Below the pieces are notes generated by a model. It made no database searches and was not told the origin of the DNA. It worked only from the letters and a program-made list of their open reading frames with translations. Both the position numbers and the translations under genes were made by a program. Shown here in pieces: positions 8,432-17,436 of a stretch of DNA of 64,000 nucleotides; position 1 is the stretch's first letter; every line of letters starts with the position of its first letter. The DNA comes from Acidimicrobiia bacterium (GTDB lineage Bacteria; Actinomycetota; Acidimicrobiia; Acidimicrobiales; Bin134): NCBI GenBank assembly GCA_022827725.1, contig JAJEIJ010000029.1, positions 6,215-70,214 on the forward strand, read 5' to 3'.

Positions 8432-9324
8432 CGACGCCAGGGACTTACGAGGACGAGACACGCGAGGTGGAATCTTCCGGCAGTGCGGCTCGTTCGGGGC
8501 TGCCAGCGTCGCGACCGGCGATTGCATTGTCATACGTGATTCTGCTCGTTGGGGTCGCGATCGCGCTCGTGCCGTTCCTGTATGTCGTGTCCACCTCGTT
8601 GAAGGAAACGACGTCGCTGTTCAGCTACCCGCCAGACTGGATCCCGTCGCCGATCTATTGGGGCAACTTCGAATCGCTGTTCGCAGACCACCCGTTCGTG
8701 TGGTGGACCTTCAACACGCTCTTCGTCGCGGGCGCGGTGACCGTGTTGAAGCTTTGGTTCGACACTATGGCGGGCTACGCGTTGGCGAAGATGGAGTTCA
8801 CGGGCAGGCGCGGTGTCGCCCTGCTGTTCCTGCTGTCGGTGGCGATTCCCATTTCGGCGTTGATCATCCCGCTGTTCTTCGTGGTCCGCTATCTCGGGCT
8901 CTTGAACACCTATTGGGCTCTGATTCTGCCGCCGCTGGCGAACCCCCTCGGCATCTTCATGGCTCGCAGTTTCATCGTCGGGATCCCCGACAACCTGGAG
9001 GACTCAGCTCGCCTTGACGGCGCTTCTGAGTTCACCATTTACCGCAGAATCGTCTTGCCGCTGATCCGCCCTGGACTGGTGGTATTGGGGATGTTCACGT
9101 TCATGTTGCAGTACACGTCGTTCATCTGGCCCCTCATCGCGGTGCAGGACTCCGAGCGGCAGGTGCTCGCAGTCGGCATCTCTGGCCTCCAGAGCGCGTT
9201 CTTGCAGGACTGGGGTCTGCTCTCGGCAGCCATGTTGGCGGCCGCCATCCCCATCACACTTGTGTTCCTGCTGGTTCAGAAGGCATTCGTGGTCAACGAT
9301 CTCTCCGGCGCACTCAAGGAATAG
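8428..9324 (+). CDS. ABC transporter permease (MalG/UgpE type)
   Basis: GTG 8428 overlaps the upstream stop (GTGA). EAA loop EDSARLDGASEFTIYRRIVLPLIRP. The track ORF from 8053 is an out-of-context N-terminal extension. Confidence 0.88.
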   Translation: MTTPGTYEDETREVESSGSAARSGLPASRPAIALSYVILLVGVAIALVPFLYVVSTSLKETTSLFSYPPDWIPSPIYWGNFESLFADHPFVWWTFNTLFVAGAVTVLKLWFDTMAGYALAKMEFTGRRGVALLFLLSVAIPISALIIPLFFVVRYLGLLNTYWALILPPLANPLGIFMARSFIVGIPDNLEDSARLDGASEFTIYRRIVLPLIRPGLVVLGMFTFMLQYTSFIWPLIAVQDSERQVLAVGISGLQSAFLQDWGLLSAAMLAAAIPITLVFLLVQKAFVVNDLSGALKE

Positions 9325-9330
9325 GAAGAA

Positions 9331-10455
9331 ATGCCCGCCTTGTCATCCCCGTCTGACGTCGCTGTGAGCCTCATCCAAGTCGCGAAGTCCTACGGCGCCG
9401 TCGAGGTGCTACAGCCATTCGACTTACAAGTCGCTGAAGGCGAATTCGTTGTCCTCCTGGGCCCCTCCGGGTGCGGCAAGAGCACGATCCTGAAGATGAT
9501 CGCAGGGCTTGAGGAAGCCAGCCACGGCGAGATCCACGTCGCGGGCGAACTCGTCAACTACGTCAGGCCCCGAGACCGCAACGTGGCTATGGTCTTCCAG
9601 AACTACGCGCTGTATCCCCACATGACGGTGCGAGAGAACATCGCGTTTCCACTCAAAATGAGCCGGCAGCCCCGACTGAGGCGCGCGGTCATCGAGGAGC
9701 GCACCGCCGAGGCAGCCGACATCGTTGACTTGACGCCGTACCTTGGCCGAAAACCTGCGCAGTTGAGCGGCGGGCAGCGGCAGCGGGTTGCCCTGGCTCG
9801 AGCGATCGTTCGCCAACCAGCAGTGTTTCTCATGGACGAGCAGCTCTCCAACCTCGACGCGTTGTTGCGCGCCGACATGCGGACGAGCCTCTTGGATATG
9901 CATGCCCGCATAAAGAAGGCGACGTTGTACGTCACCCACGACCAGATCGAGGCCATGACGATGGCCGACCGGGTCGTGGTCCTCAACGCGGGGCGGATCC
10001 AGCAGGTCGGACAGCCTCACGAGCTGTACACCGCTCCCGCGAACACGTTTGTGGCTCAGTTCATCGGGAGCCCGCGCATGCCACTCCACTCGCTCACGGT
10101 GAGCGACGACGGCGCTCTTCGGATTGTCGACACGACCCTCGCTCCCGACGCTGCCGTCGCCCTGGAGCCGGGGGCCGCGGTCACCGTGGGCCTGCGGCCC
10201 AGCGCGCTGCGGGCGACGGACTCGGCGTCAGCGTGCTTCTCCGGCGAGGCGAGGCGACGCGACTACCTCGGCAGCGACAGCTACCTGGAGGTCGATCTGG
10301 GAGACGGCTCATCGGCGATGGTGCGGGCCGAGGCCGATACTGATGTGCGGCCTGGCGACGTCGTTCACATAGACGCTGCTCCCGGTGCGATTCACGTCTT
10401 CGATGAGGCAGGGGTGCGGATCTGTGGTGCTTCGGTGGGCCAGCGAGAGCGATGA
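9331..10455 (+). CDS. ABC transporter ATP-binding protein (MalK/UgpC type)
   Basis: Walker A GPSGCGKST, signature LSGGQRQRVALARA, Walker B VFLMDEQ, and a C-terminal TOBE-like domain. Confidence 0.93.
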   Translation: MPALSSPSDVAVSLIQVAKSYGAVEVLQPFDLQVAEGEFVVLLGPSGCGKSTILKMIAGLEEASHGEIHVAGELVNYVRPRDRNVAMVFQNYALYPHMTVRENIAFPLKMSRQPRLRRAVIEERTAEAADIVDLTPYLGRKPAQLSGGQRQRVALARAIVRQPAVFLMDEQLSNLDALLRADMRTSLLDMHARIKKATLYVTHDQIEAMTMADRVVVLNAGRIQQVGQPHELYTAPANTFVAQFIGSPRMPLHSLTVSDDGALRIVDTTLAPDAAVALEPGAAVTVGLRPSALRATDSASACFSGEARRRDYLGSDSYLEVDLGDGSSAMVRAEADTDVRPGDVVHIDAAPGAIHVFDEAGVRICGASVGQRER

Positions 10456-10541
10456 GCAGCGCATCGATGCTCATCGCGGAAGGCGTGACTGCTCCCGAAG
10501 GGCCCACTCTCGGGCCGGGCGGCTGGATACTGAATGTTTGA
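10452..10541 (+). other. N-terminal segment of the lactonase reading frame, ended by an in-frame TGA (10539-10541)
   Basis: ATG 10452 overlaps the ATPase stop (ATGA). It encodes MSSASMLIAEGVTAPEGPTLGPGGWILNV, the usual SMP-30 N-terminus, in the same frame as 10587-11387. Confidence 0.6.
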
Positions 10542-10586
10542 AGCTTTAGCCGCGACAGCAACCCGAGGGTCTCCGGCGGTGACATT

Positions 10587-11387
10587 GTGGCGACGCACCC
10601 CGATCGCCCGGGCGACACGCGGCGACTGTTCAACACCTCCGCCGGCGACGTGGAGGGGATACCCGCGGCGCTGGCATTCGGACCCGACGGCTGCCTCTAC
10701 ATCACCGACGAGGGGCACCGGGCGATTCTGCGGGCGACCGATCAAGGAGCACTGTCGGTGTACGTGCGATCACCGAACGGGCCGAACGATCTCAGTTTCG
10801 ATCGCGAGGGCAATCTCTGGTTCACCGATCCGTGGGGTTCGGATCTCGACAACGCCATTGGCGGGGTATATGTCCTCCACGCGGGAACGGCGATTCCCGA
10901 ACAGATCGCATCTGGTTTGGCGTTTCCGAACGGGGTCGTGGCCACGTCAGAGGAGTTGGTGTATGCGGAGACTCGTACGAGCCGCTTGTGGCGCCACCGG
11001 CGATTAGTCGAAGGGCAGCTCGGCGGAGCGGAGCTCTTCGCGGAGCTGCCTCTTGAGGCTGGCGTCGAAGTGCAAGGTCCTGACGGCATGGCGCGTGATG
11101 TGCGCGGTAACCTGTATGTGGCCCACTACGGCGCTGGGTGTGTCCGCGTGTTTGCGCCTGACGGCACCCAACTCGATCCGATTGCGGTGCCGGGCCGCCA
11201 CCCAACCAACCTGTGCTTCGGAGGGCCGGACATGGGCACGCTGTTCGTGACGCTCGACGACGCCGATCAGCTCATCGCGCAGCGGGTGCCCTGCCAAGGA
11301 GCCACGATCCAGTTCTGCCCGTCGGCCAGCGAACCATCCGCATGTGAGCGCTGGCTGCGCTTGATCGAGAACAGTCCCGCGGTGTGA
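10587..11387 (+). CDS. SMP-30/gluconolactonase/LRE-family protein (possibly a pseudogene or a recoded gene; see finding)
   Basis: Beta-propeller repeats: PDGCLYITD, GNLWFTDP, NGVVAT, GNLYVAHYG, PTNLCFGG. The first start after the TGA is GTG 10587, which would delete the first blade. Confidence 0.7.
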   Translation: MATHPDRPGDTRRLFNTSAGDVEGIPAALAFGPDGCLYITDEGHRAILRATDQGALSVYVRSPNGPNDLSFDREGNLWFTDPWGSDLDNAIGGVYVLHAGTAIPEQIASGLAFPNGVVATSEELVYAETRTSRLWRHRRLVEGQLGGAELFAELPLEAGVEVQGPDGMARDVRGNLYVAHYGAGCVRVFAPDGTQLDPIAVPGRHPTNLCFGGPDMGTLFVTLDDADQLIAQRVPCQGATIQFCPSASEPSACERWLRLIENSPAV

Positions 11388-11425
11388 TCAAGGGTGGATA
11401 GAGCAAGAGGGTGCGTCGATTTGAA

Positions 11426-12193
11426 TTACACCTCGTTGCCGTTGGGGCCGTTGTCGGTCCACCCGAATTCTCGGGAGATGCCAAAGCTGGCCTTGAAGAG
11501 CTGCGGCACCATGGAAAGCAGGGTGTCGTAGTCGCAGGACAGAGTCGTGGTGGTGATCGATACCGATCCGATGACCTGACCGGATGCCTCGAATACCGGT
11601 GCGGCGACGCAGTTGACCCACGGCTCGTGCTCGAGATGGTCGATCGCGTAGCCGCGCTCAATAGTGGCCCGAAGGTCTGCGAGATACTCGCCGGTGCTCG
11701 TGATGGTGTTCTCGGTGTGGGCGACGTAGTCGATGGTCGACGCAATGCGATCTTGGTCCTCGGGTGGAAGAAACGCGACGATGGCCTTGGCGACGCCTGT
11801 GCAGTGGAGCGGTGCTGTGTTGCCGATACGGGAGTACATGCGGACGGTCTGTTTCGCTTCGCGCTTGTCGATATAGACAACGGTGTCGCCCTCGAGCATG
11901 GCGAGATGGATCGTATGCTCGACATCATGGCTGAGGTCGGTGAGAAACGGCGCAGCGACCGAGCGGAGATCGATGTTCTCCAACGCCGCATTGGCAAGGC
12001 TGATAACACGGCGACCGAGGCGGAACACGTTGTGGCTGTCTCGTACCACCATCTGCTCGGCCTCGAGCACTTGGAGTGTCCGCAAGGCAGTGCTGCGATG
12101 GGTCCCCATAAACGAAGCGATCTGTTCGATCGACGATGGCCTCTCGGCGATCTGGCCCAGTACTTGGATGGCTCGTTGCACGGTCTGGCTCAT
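11426..12193 (-). CDS. IclR-family (KdgR-like) transcriptional regulator
   Basis: N-terminal wHTH VQRAIQVLGQIAERPSSIEQIASFMGTHRSTALRTLQVLE plus a C-terminal IclR effector domain. Last gene of the kdgK-eda-deaminase string. Confidence 0.9.
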   Translation of the reverse strand: MSQTVQRAIQVLGQIAERPSSIEQIASFMGTHRSTALRTLQVLEAEQMVVRDSHNVFRLGRRVISLANAALENIDLRSVAAPFLTDLSHDVEHTIHLAMLEGDTVVYIDKREAKQTVRMYSRIGNTAPLHCTGVAKAIVAFLPPEDQDRIASTIDYVAHTENTITSTGEYLADLRATIERGYAIDHLEHEPWVNCVAAPVFEASGQVIGSVSITTTTLSCDYDTLLSMVPQLFKASFGISREFGWTDNGPNGNEV

Positions 12194-12207
12194 CGCGCCT
12201 CCGCTCG

Positions 12208-12213
12208 ATTATA
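12208..12213 (-). promoter_or_regulatory. Perfect TATAAT hexamer 14 nt upstream of the iclR ATG
   Basis: The plus strand reads attata, so the minus strand reads TATAAT. No convincing -35 element. Confidence 0.25.
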
Positions 12214-12279
12214 GGGGTTGGATGCCGGGCGAGGGGGCGGCTCGGGTTGGCCGGGGTATTGGGTGAGCAACGTTTCGGG

Positions 12280-13506
12280 TTAGAACTCGGTTGAGATCAC
12301 GGCGACGACCGTCCCATTGTCATCTACTTCGGGAATGTGCTTCCACTTGTCGAACGTTGTACACGGGTGGCTGATCCCAAGCGAGATGAAATCGCCGACG
12401 GCTAGAGCATCTGAGGCTTCGACGGTCAAATAAGCGTGTTGGTCCATGAGGTTGGAGACTCGCCAGGAGTCAGGGGCGGGGGTGCGTCGAGTCTGCTGGT
12501 ATCGCCACAGCGGCACCGGGAGTCCCTGGTCGAACGACACGTCCCTCTTCCCGAGATCAAGCAGGGCAAGTGTTGGCTCAGGGCGTGAAATGACCTGGGC
12601 GATAGCTTCGAGCGCCGGTCGGAACGGGGCCAGTTCGGCATGGTCTCGGAGCGGGGAAATCTTGTTGTAGAACCCGCTGTCGTGGGTGACGTAGCAGCCG
12701 CTGCGCAGAACGAGCTCGCCATGGTGGGCATCGGCCACCGGGCCACAGATGTCGACAACATCATCGAAACAGGCACTTCCGCCCGCTGTGAGGATCGGGG
12801 GAGTTTCCGGGTCGTAAAGTCCGAGGGCGGCTATCCTCTCGAACGAATGGGCGAGAAGCCGCAGATAGTCCTGCACATGACAGCGGTCGCCATGATCGTG
12901 GGCGGAGAGGAACACGCCCTCGTACCCGGCGACCCCGGCAAAGCGCACCGTCTTCAGAGCCCTCGCCTCTTCTGCCAGCGCAATCGCCTCGTCGATGTTG
13001 CGCACGCCGCCTCGGCCGCCGCGATCGCCGATTTCCACGAGAACTGATACGTGCCCAGCGCTGTTGCGATTGAGTCGAGAGAGGCCGGTGTGCGAGTCGA
13101 CGAAGCAATAGAGTTCGAGGCCGCGGGTTGAGGCTTCGAGTGCCCAGTCGATAGCGGGCTCGTTGACTAGTTGGTTGGCGATGAGCAGGCGTTGTAGGCC
13201 GAAGTCGAAAAGGGTCCGTGCTTGGACAGCGTTGGCGATGGTTATCCCCCATGCGCCGTGCGCGATCTGGCGGGAGATCAGGCTGGGCGCCATGGTGGTC
13301 TTGCCATGCGGCGCCAGTTCGACCCGGTTTGCGAGGCAGAATTCGCGCATCATTGCAAGGTTGTGTTCAATCGCGGTGGTACGGGCAATGATGAGAGGGG
13401 ACAAAAACGTTCCATCGAAGACGTTGCGACCGATCAAGGCATCTGTCGCTGCCCCGACTAGGTCGGTGGGGATCGCCTTGGAGCTGGGTCGAAGCTGCTC
13501 TGTCAT
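12280..13506 (-). CDS. PLP-dependent amino-acid/amino-sugar-acid deaminase (alanine-racemase-fold, D-serine-dehydratase-like)
   Basis: 408 aa with the PLP-lysine motif APHGKTT. Has an alanine-racemase N-terminal-type barrel and a C-terminal beta domain (ISLGISHPCTTFDKW). Confidence 0.75.
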   Translation of the reverse strand: MTEQLRPSSKAIPTDLVGAATDALIGRNVFDGTFLSPLIIARTTAIEHNLAMMREFCLANRVELAPHGKTTMAPSLISRQIAHGAWGITIANAVQARTLFDFGLQRLLIANQLVNEPAIDWALEASTRGLELYCFVDSHTGLSRLNRNSAGHVSVLVEIGDRGGRGGVRNIDEAIALAEEARALKTVRFAGVAGYEGVFLSAHDHGDRCHVQDYLRLLAHSFERIAALGLYDPETPPILTAGGSACFDDVVDICGPVADAHHGELVLRSGCYVTHDSGFYNKISPLRDHAELAPFRPALEAIAQVISRPEPTLALLDLGKRDVSFDQGLPVPLWRYQQTRRTPAPDSWRVSNLMDQHAYLTVEASDALAVGDFISLGISHPCTTFDKWKHIPEVDDNGTVVAVISTEF

Positions 13507-13576
13507 CGTGGGGATTCCGACTCAATGGTGGGGAACCCGATGCTGGCACTGGATCGAAGCAGCCCTTTAGTCGTCA

Positions 13577-14233
13577 TCATTGGGATTCCCGTCTGCCGGT
13601 GAGCCATCTTCTCAGCAAATCGACACCCTTGGGCCGGACAAGCTCGGTGCCGAGTCCAATCCCAAGGGCACCTGCGTCAAGGTACTGCTCGATCTCTGCG
13701 ATGGTCACGCCACCGGTAGGGACGAACGAAACATCGGGAAAGGGCCCCGACATGGCCGCGAGGAAGCGGGTTCCTCCGACCTCCCGGGCAGGAAACAGCT
13801 TCAGCTCCGAGACACCGTGGGCCTGCGCCAGCTGAATTTCGGTGGGTGTCGCCACTGCCGGCAGGTAGGGGATGCCCGACTCTTTGGCCTGGCCTACGAG
13901 TTCAATATCAAGGCCGGGAGAGATGGCAAATGCAGCACCGAGGTCGATGACTCGATGGAGGTTGGCAACTGAGGTGACGCTGCCTGCGCCCAAGGGCCGG
14001 TTGTTTTCAGCCGCGATCTCGGCGACGAACTCGAGCGTCCGGAGTCCGTCGTCATCTTGCACGGTGACCTCGATGAGGTCGATTCCGACGTCCCACAACG
14101 CTTGGGCGGTGGTCGCCGCAGCTGCGGGTGGGAGTCCTCGTAGAATCGCGATGATCGGGCAGCGGCGGAGGTGGGCCTGAAAGTACGACACCGCAGTTGT
14201 GGTGCTCTGGTGTGCTTCAGTGGCTCGCCTCAT
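13577..14233 (-). CDS. eda: 2-dehydro-3-deoxy-phosphogluconate (KDPG) / KHG aldolase
   Basis: CPIIAILRG, IDLIEVT, FAISPG, LKLFPA, PTGGV are the Eda motif series. ATGA overlap with kdgK. Confidence 0.88.
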   Translation of the reverse strand: MRRATEAHQSTTTAVSYFQAHLRRCPIIAILRGLPPAAAATTAQALWDVGIDLIEVTVQDDDGLRTLEFVAEIAAENNRPLGAGSVTSVANLHRVIDLGAAFAISPGLDIELVGQAKESGIPYLPAVATPTEIQLAQAHGVSELKLFPAREVGGTRFLAAMSGPFPDVSFVPTGGVTIAEIEQYLDAGALGIGLGTELVRPKGVDLLRRWLTGRRESQ

Positions 14234-15267
14234 GTGGGTGCGCTCGGGGGCAGTCCCGGCGTCCGCTGGGTGTTGCCGCTGATGTCGGTTAGGACCAGGT
14301 TTGCTGAGAGCCAGTCCTCGGGTGATAAGTCGAGCAGGCGTTCTATCGTGGCGTCATCGGCAATGGGGCCCACGTCGCTGTGCTGGGAAAGTGCGCTCAT
14401 GGCTGTGATGTGCCCGAGCCGCAGGGCGGCTTCGATGTTGTCGTCGTATCGGAGCACCCCGACGATGAATCCGGCTGCAAACGCATCCCCGGCGCCGATC
14501 GGCTCGACGACGGTGCCGTTGAGCGCGGGAACGAAGTGTGTTCGGCCGCGTCGGTCGGCATAAGCGCCGTTGTCGGCGTCCTTGATGACAACTGTCTTGG
14601 GTCGGGGAAGCAGGGTGCGGACATCGGCGGCTGTGGTGGCACCCCAGAGGTCATCGGCTTCATCAAGTCCAACGAAGACGATGTCGCATCGGTTTGCGGC
14701 CTCCCGCAGTGCTTTCGGGGGATCTCCTCGCTCCCAGATTGAAGGGCGCCAGTTGATGTCGAAGGACACGAGCGCCGACCGGGATGGATCTCCGATCAGG
14801 GATCGGACAAGTTTGTTGCAGGAGTTGGACAAACCCAGAGTGATCCCAGTCAGGTGGAGGACTCTCGGCCCCTGACTGAGCTCGGGCCCGGTCGGCGGCC
14901 CCATTGCTGCTGCTGCGGAGCCGGCCCGGTAGTAGCGGACTCGCCGCTCATCTTCGGTGACCTCCTTGAGCATGAGCCCGGTCTGGCGATCGGAAAGCCG
15001 GCGCACCCCGCTTACGTCGACGCCTGCGCTCTCGATGGTCGAGAGCACGAGGTCCCCAGCCAGGTCAGTGCCGAGCTGGCTGACCCACGCGGCTTGCATA
15101 CCGAGAGCTGCGCAGTAGCGCGCAACGTTGGACTCCGCGCCGCTTACTTCCCATTCGAAGGCCGCTCGGTTCGGGTGGGGCCGTATGGTCAGCATTGACT
15201 CCCCCAAGGCAACAATGTCTGGGAAGGGTCTGCGGTCGCTCGGCTCGTCGGCCGAGTGGTTCATCAT
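14230..15267 (-). CDS. kdgK: PfkB-family sugar kinase, 2-dehydro-3-deoxygluconokinase-like
   Basis: VALGESML start and C-terminal GAGDAFAAGFIVG nucleotide motif. Translationally coupled to eda. Confidence 0.8.
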   Translation of the reverse strand: MMNHSADEPSDRRPFPDIVALGESMLTIRPHPNRAAFEWEVSGAESNVARYCAALGMQAAWVSQLGTDLAGDLVLSTIESAGVDVSGVRRLSDRQTGLMLKEVTEDERRVRYYRAGSAAAAMGPPTGPELSQGPRVLHLTGITLGLSNSCNKLVRSLIGDPSRSALVSFDINWRPSIWERGDPPKALREAANRCDIVFVGLDEADDLWGATTAADVRTLLPRPKTVVIKDADNGAYADRRGRTHFVPALNGTVVEPIGAGDAFAAGFIVGVLRYDDNIEAALRLGHITAMSALSQHSDVGPIADDATIERLLDLSPEDWLSANLVLTDISGNTQRTPGLPPSAPT

Positions 15268-15318
15268 GCGCTCCTCGGGGTAGCGGTACTCGTGTGGACT
15301 CTCATGATGCTAGCTTGA

Positions 15319-15354
15319 AGTGCAATAAATACATAAAGAGTGCGGATATTGCAC
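15319..15354. promoter_or_regulatory. Candidate operator in the kdgK / D-aminoacylase divergent spacer
   Basis: Inverted repeat GTGCAATA (15320-15327) ... TATTGCAC (15347-15354). The reverse complement of 15340-15354 (GTGCAATATCCGCAC) matches 5771-5785 at 13/15 positions. Confidence 0.45.
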
Positions 15355-15447
15355 ATATTGAAAGGGGAGGGGCTATTCGAGTGGGGGTCTACAGGTCAGC
15401 CAGCCGGAGGAATTCGATCCAAAAACCGCCATCACGGGGGTGGTGAC

Positions 15448-16902
15448 GTGTACGACCTCGCCATTCGAGGAGTACTCATTGAGGACGGCTCCGGAGGGCA
15501 ATCGTTTGAGGGAGACATCGCCGTCGATGGCGGTCACATCGCTGCGGTGGGATCAGTGGGTGCGTCGCGGGCCGAGGTCGATGCCGAGGGGCTGGTCGCC
15601 GCCCCCGGCTTCGTTGACGCGCACACCCACGACGACATGGAACTCCATTGCAACCCCGACAACGGATCGAAGATCAAGCAGGGTGTAACGACGGTCATCT
15701 GCGGCAGCTGCGGATTCAGTGCGTTCCCTCATGCGCCTGGGCGGCCTTCGCCAGACTTCTTGTCGGTCGATGGCTGGTGGCGGACATACCAGGAGTACCA
15801 GGAAGTGCTGACCGATCATGGCATCGGCACAAACTCAGCTTCCTTCGTCGGCCACAACACCGTTCAGCGGCTTCTCCTGGGGACCGATAGCGCCGAACCT
15901 AGTGCTCGGGCACTCGCGGCCGTGTGCGACGACATCCGGAGGGCGATGGACCACGGAGCGTTGGGCGTGTCCACGGGCCTCATCTACCGTCCTGGTCGGC
16001 ACACGTCAACGGCAGCGCTGACACGAATCGTTGCGACCGTGTCCGACTACGGCGGCATACACAGCACACACCTGCGCGACGAATCAGACGGCCTTCTCAA
16101 TGCCATTGCCGAAGTCGCCTCCGTGTCTCGAGAAACCGGCGCATCGCTCCAGATCTCTCATCTCAAGGTCATCGGGGAGCACAATTGGGGCAGCCTCAGC
16201 GCCGCACTCGACCAGATTGACAGGATCCGAGCCGACGGGATCGACATCGCCTTCGATGTGTACCCCTACACCGCAGGGTCAGGGCCATTGGCGACCTATT
16301 TCCCTCCCGACGACATCGACGTGACCAGGGCTCGATTGGTCCAGATCATTCGATGTCCCGACTACCCCCACTTTGAAGGGTGGCGGCTCGCCGACATCGC
16401 GCGCGAGGAGGGCCTCTCACTGCGCGGTGTCACCCACCGTCTCGTCACAGCCCCGAATGCCGACAAGACACTGTGTGTCATCTTCGAGATTCACGAAGAC
16501 GACATGCTGGAGGCGCTGTCGCATCCAGCGGCGATGGTCGGAAGCGACGGGATACCCCAGCAGACAGGAGTGCCTCATCCGCGTTTGCAAGGCACGTTCC
16601 CCCGGGTTCTCGGCCACTTCAGCAGAGACAAGGGGGTGTTGTCGCAAAGCGCGGCGATCCAGAAGATGACGTCCATACCGGCGACTCGGTACGGCCTACT
16701 GGGCCGCGGCCTGCTGGAACCCGGCTATGCGGCCGACATTGTCGTATTCGACCCGACCACGATTGCGGACTGCGGAACTTACTCCTCACGTGCCGATCCA
16801 GTGGGCGTTCGCCACGTTTTCGTCAACGGGAAACAAGCGCTGTCAGACGCTGCCCTCACCGGTGTTCGAGCAGGCCGGGTTCTGACACGCGAGGAACGCT
16901 GA
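15448..16902 (+). CDS. N-acyl-D-amino-acid deacylase (D-aminoacylase) family amidohydrolase
   Basis: DLAIRGVLIEDGSG...APGFVDAHTHDD metal-binding start and D-aminoacylase length. GTG 15448 preceded by GGGGGTGG; the track ORF begins at 15340. Confidence 0.85.
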   Translation: MYDLAIRGVLIEDGSGGQSFEGDIAVDGGHIAAVGSVGASRAEVDAEGLVAAPGFVDAHTHDDMELHCNPDNGSKIKQGVTTVICGSCGFSAFPHAPGRPSPDFLSVDGWWRTYQEYQEVLTDHGIGTNSASFVGHNTVQRLLLGTDSAEPSARALAAVCDDIRRAMDHGALGVSTGLIYRPGRHTSTAALTRIVATVSDYGGIHSTHLRDESDGLLNAIAEVASVSRETGASLQISHLKVIGEHNWGSLSAALDQIDRIRADGIDIAFDVYPYTAGSGPLATYFPPDDIDVTRARLVQIIRCPDYPHFEGWRLADIAREEGLSLRGVTHRLVTAPNADKTLCVIFEIHEDDMLEALSHPAAMVGSDGIPQQTGVPHPRLQGTFPRVLGHFSRDKGVLSQSAAIQKMTSIPATRYGLLGRGLLEPGYAADIVVFDPTTIADCGTYSSRADPVGVRHVFVNGKQALSDAALTGVRAGRVLTREER

Positions 16903-16973
16903 GTCCACGGGCTCCATATGAGGTTGAGACCCAGAGGTCTGCCAGGTCTGGCTCGCCATAGAAAGGATTGACA

Positions 16974-17366
16974 ATGACTAGTCGACACGCCGTAGCCAGC
17001 AGCGAAGTGCCGGAGGCCTCAGGCCCCTACTCAGCAGCAATCGTCTCGCGGGGGTTCGCATTCTTGTCGGGTCAGGGGCCATACGACGCTGAGGGCACCC
17101 TTGCGGGTGAAGACATCGCAAGCCAGACACGACAAACACTCCAAAACTTGGAAGCCGTCGCACAAGCCAGCGGCGCGACGCTCAGAGAGGCCGTGCGGGT
17201 GTGTGTCTACCTGACTGACATGGCGAACTTCACGGCCATGAACGCTGTCTTCGCAGAGTTCTTCGAGCAGCCGTACCCAGCTCGAACGACGGTTCAAACT
17301 GGGCTTCCAAAGCCTGAGATGCTGGTTGAGATCGACGCGATCGTCGCACGGCCTGAACCGGCCTGA
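16974..17366 (+). CDS. ridA: RidA-family reactive enamine/imine deaminase
   Basis: GPYSAAIVSRGFAFLSGQ...ARTTVQTGLP...VEIDAIV is the YjgF/RidA signature. ATG 16974 lies 7 nt after GAAAGGA (track TTG 16968). Confidence 0.9.
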   Translation: MTSRHAVASSEVPEASGPYSAAIVSRGFAFLSGQGPYDAEGTLAGEDIASQTRQTLQNLEAVAQASGATLREAVRVCVYLTDMANFTAMNAVFAEFFEQPYPARTTVQTGLPKPEMLVEIDAIVARPEPA

Positions 17367-17414
17367 AATCTGCGGACGCGATCAATCGTCGATTCAGCAC
17401 TATACCGACCCATT

Positions 17415-17434
17415 AGTGATGCTATGATATCACT
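17415..17434. promoter_or_regulatory. Inverted repeat AGTGAT-N8-ATCACT overlapping a TATGAT -10 element, directly upstream of vapB
   Basis: AGTGATgcTATGATatATCACT; ATG 17437 lies 8 nt after TATGAT. Candidate autoregulatory operator on a leaderless transcript. Confidence 0.4.
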
Positions 17435-17436
17435 CA

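Noticed and set aside
6827-8533. 568-aa ORF on the minus strand
   Set aside because: It is antisense to the well-supported SBP and permease genes. The translation is R/P/G/E-rich low complexity with no recognisable domain. This is the typical long antisense ORF of high-GC DNA.
10539-10541. TGA read as selenocysteine
   Set aside because: I could not fold a convincing SECIS-type hairpin in the 40 nt downstream. SMP-30 lactonases are not known selenoproteins, and no Sec machinery lies in the window. It is kept only as a minor alternative within the finding.
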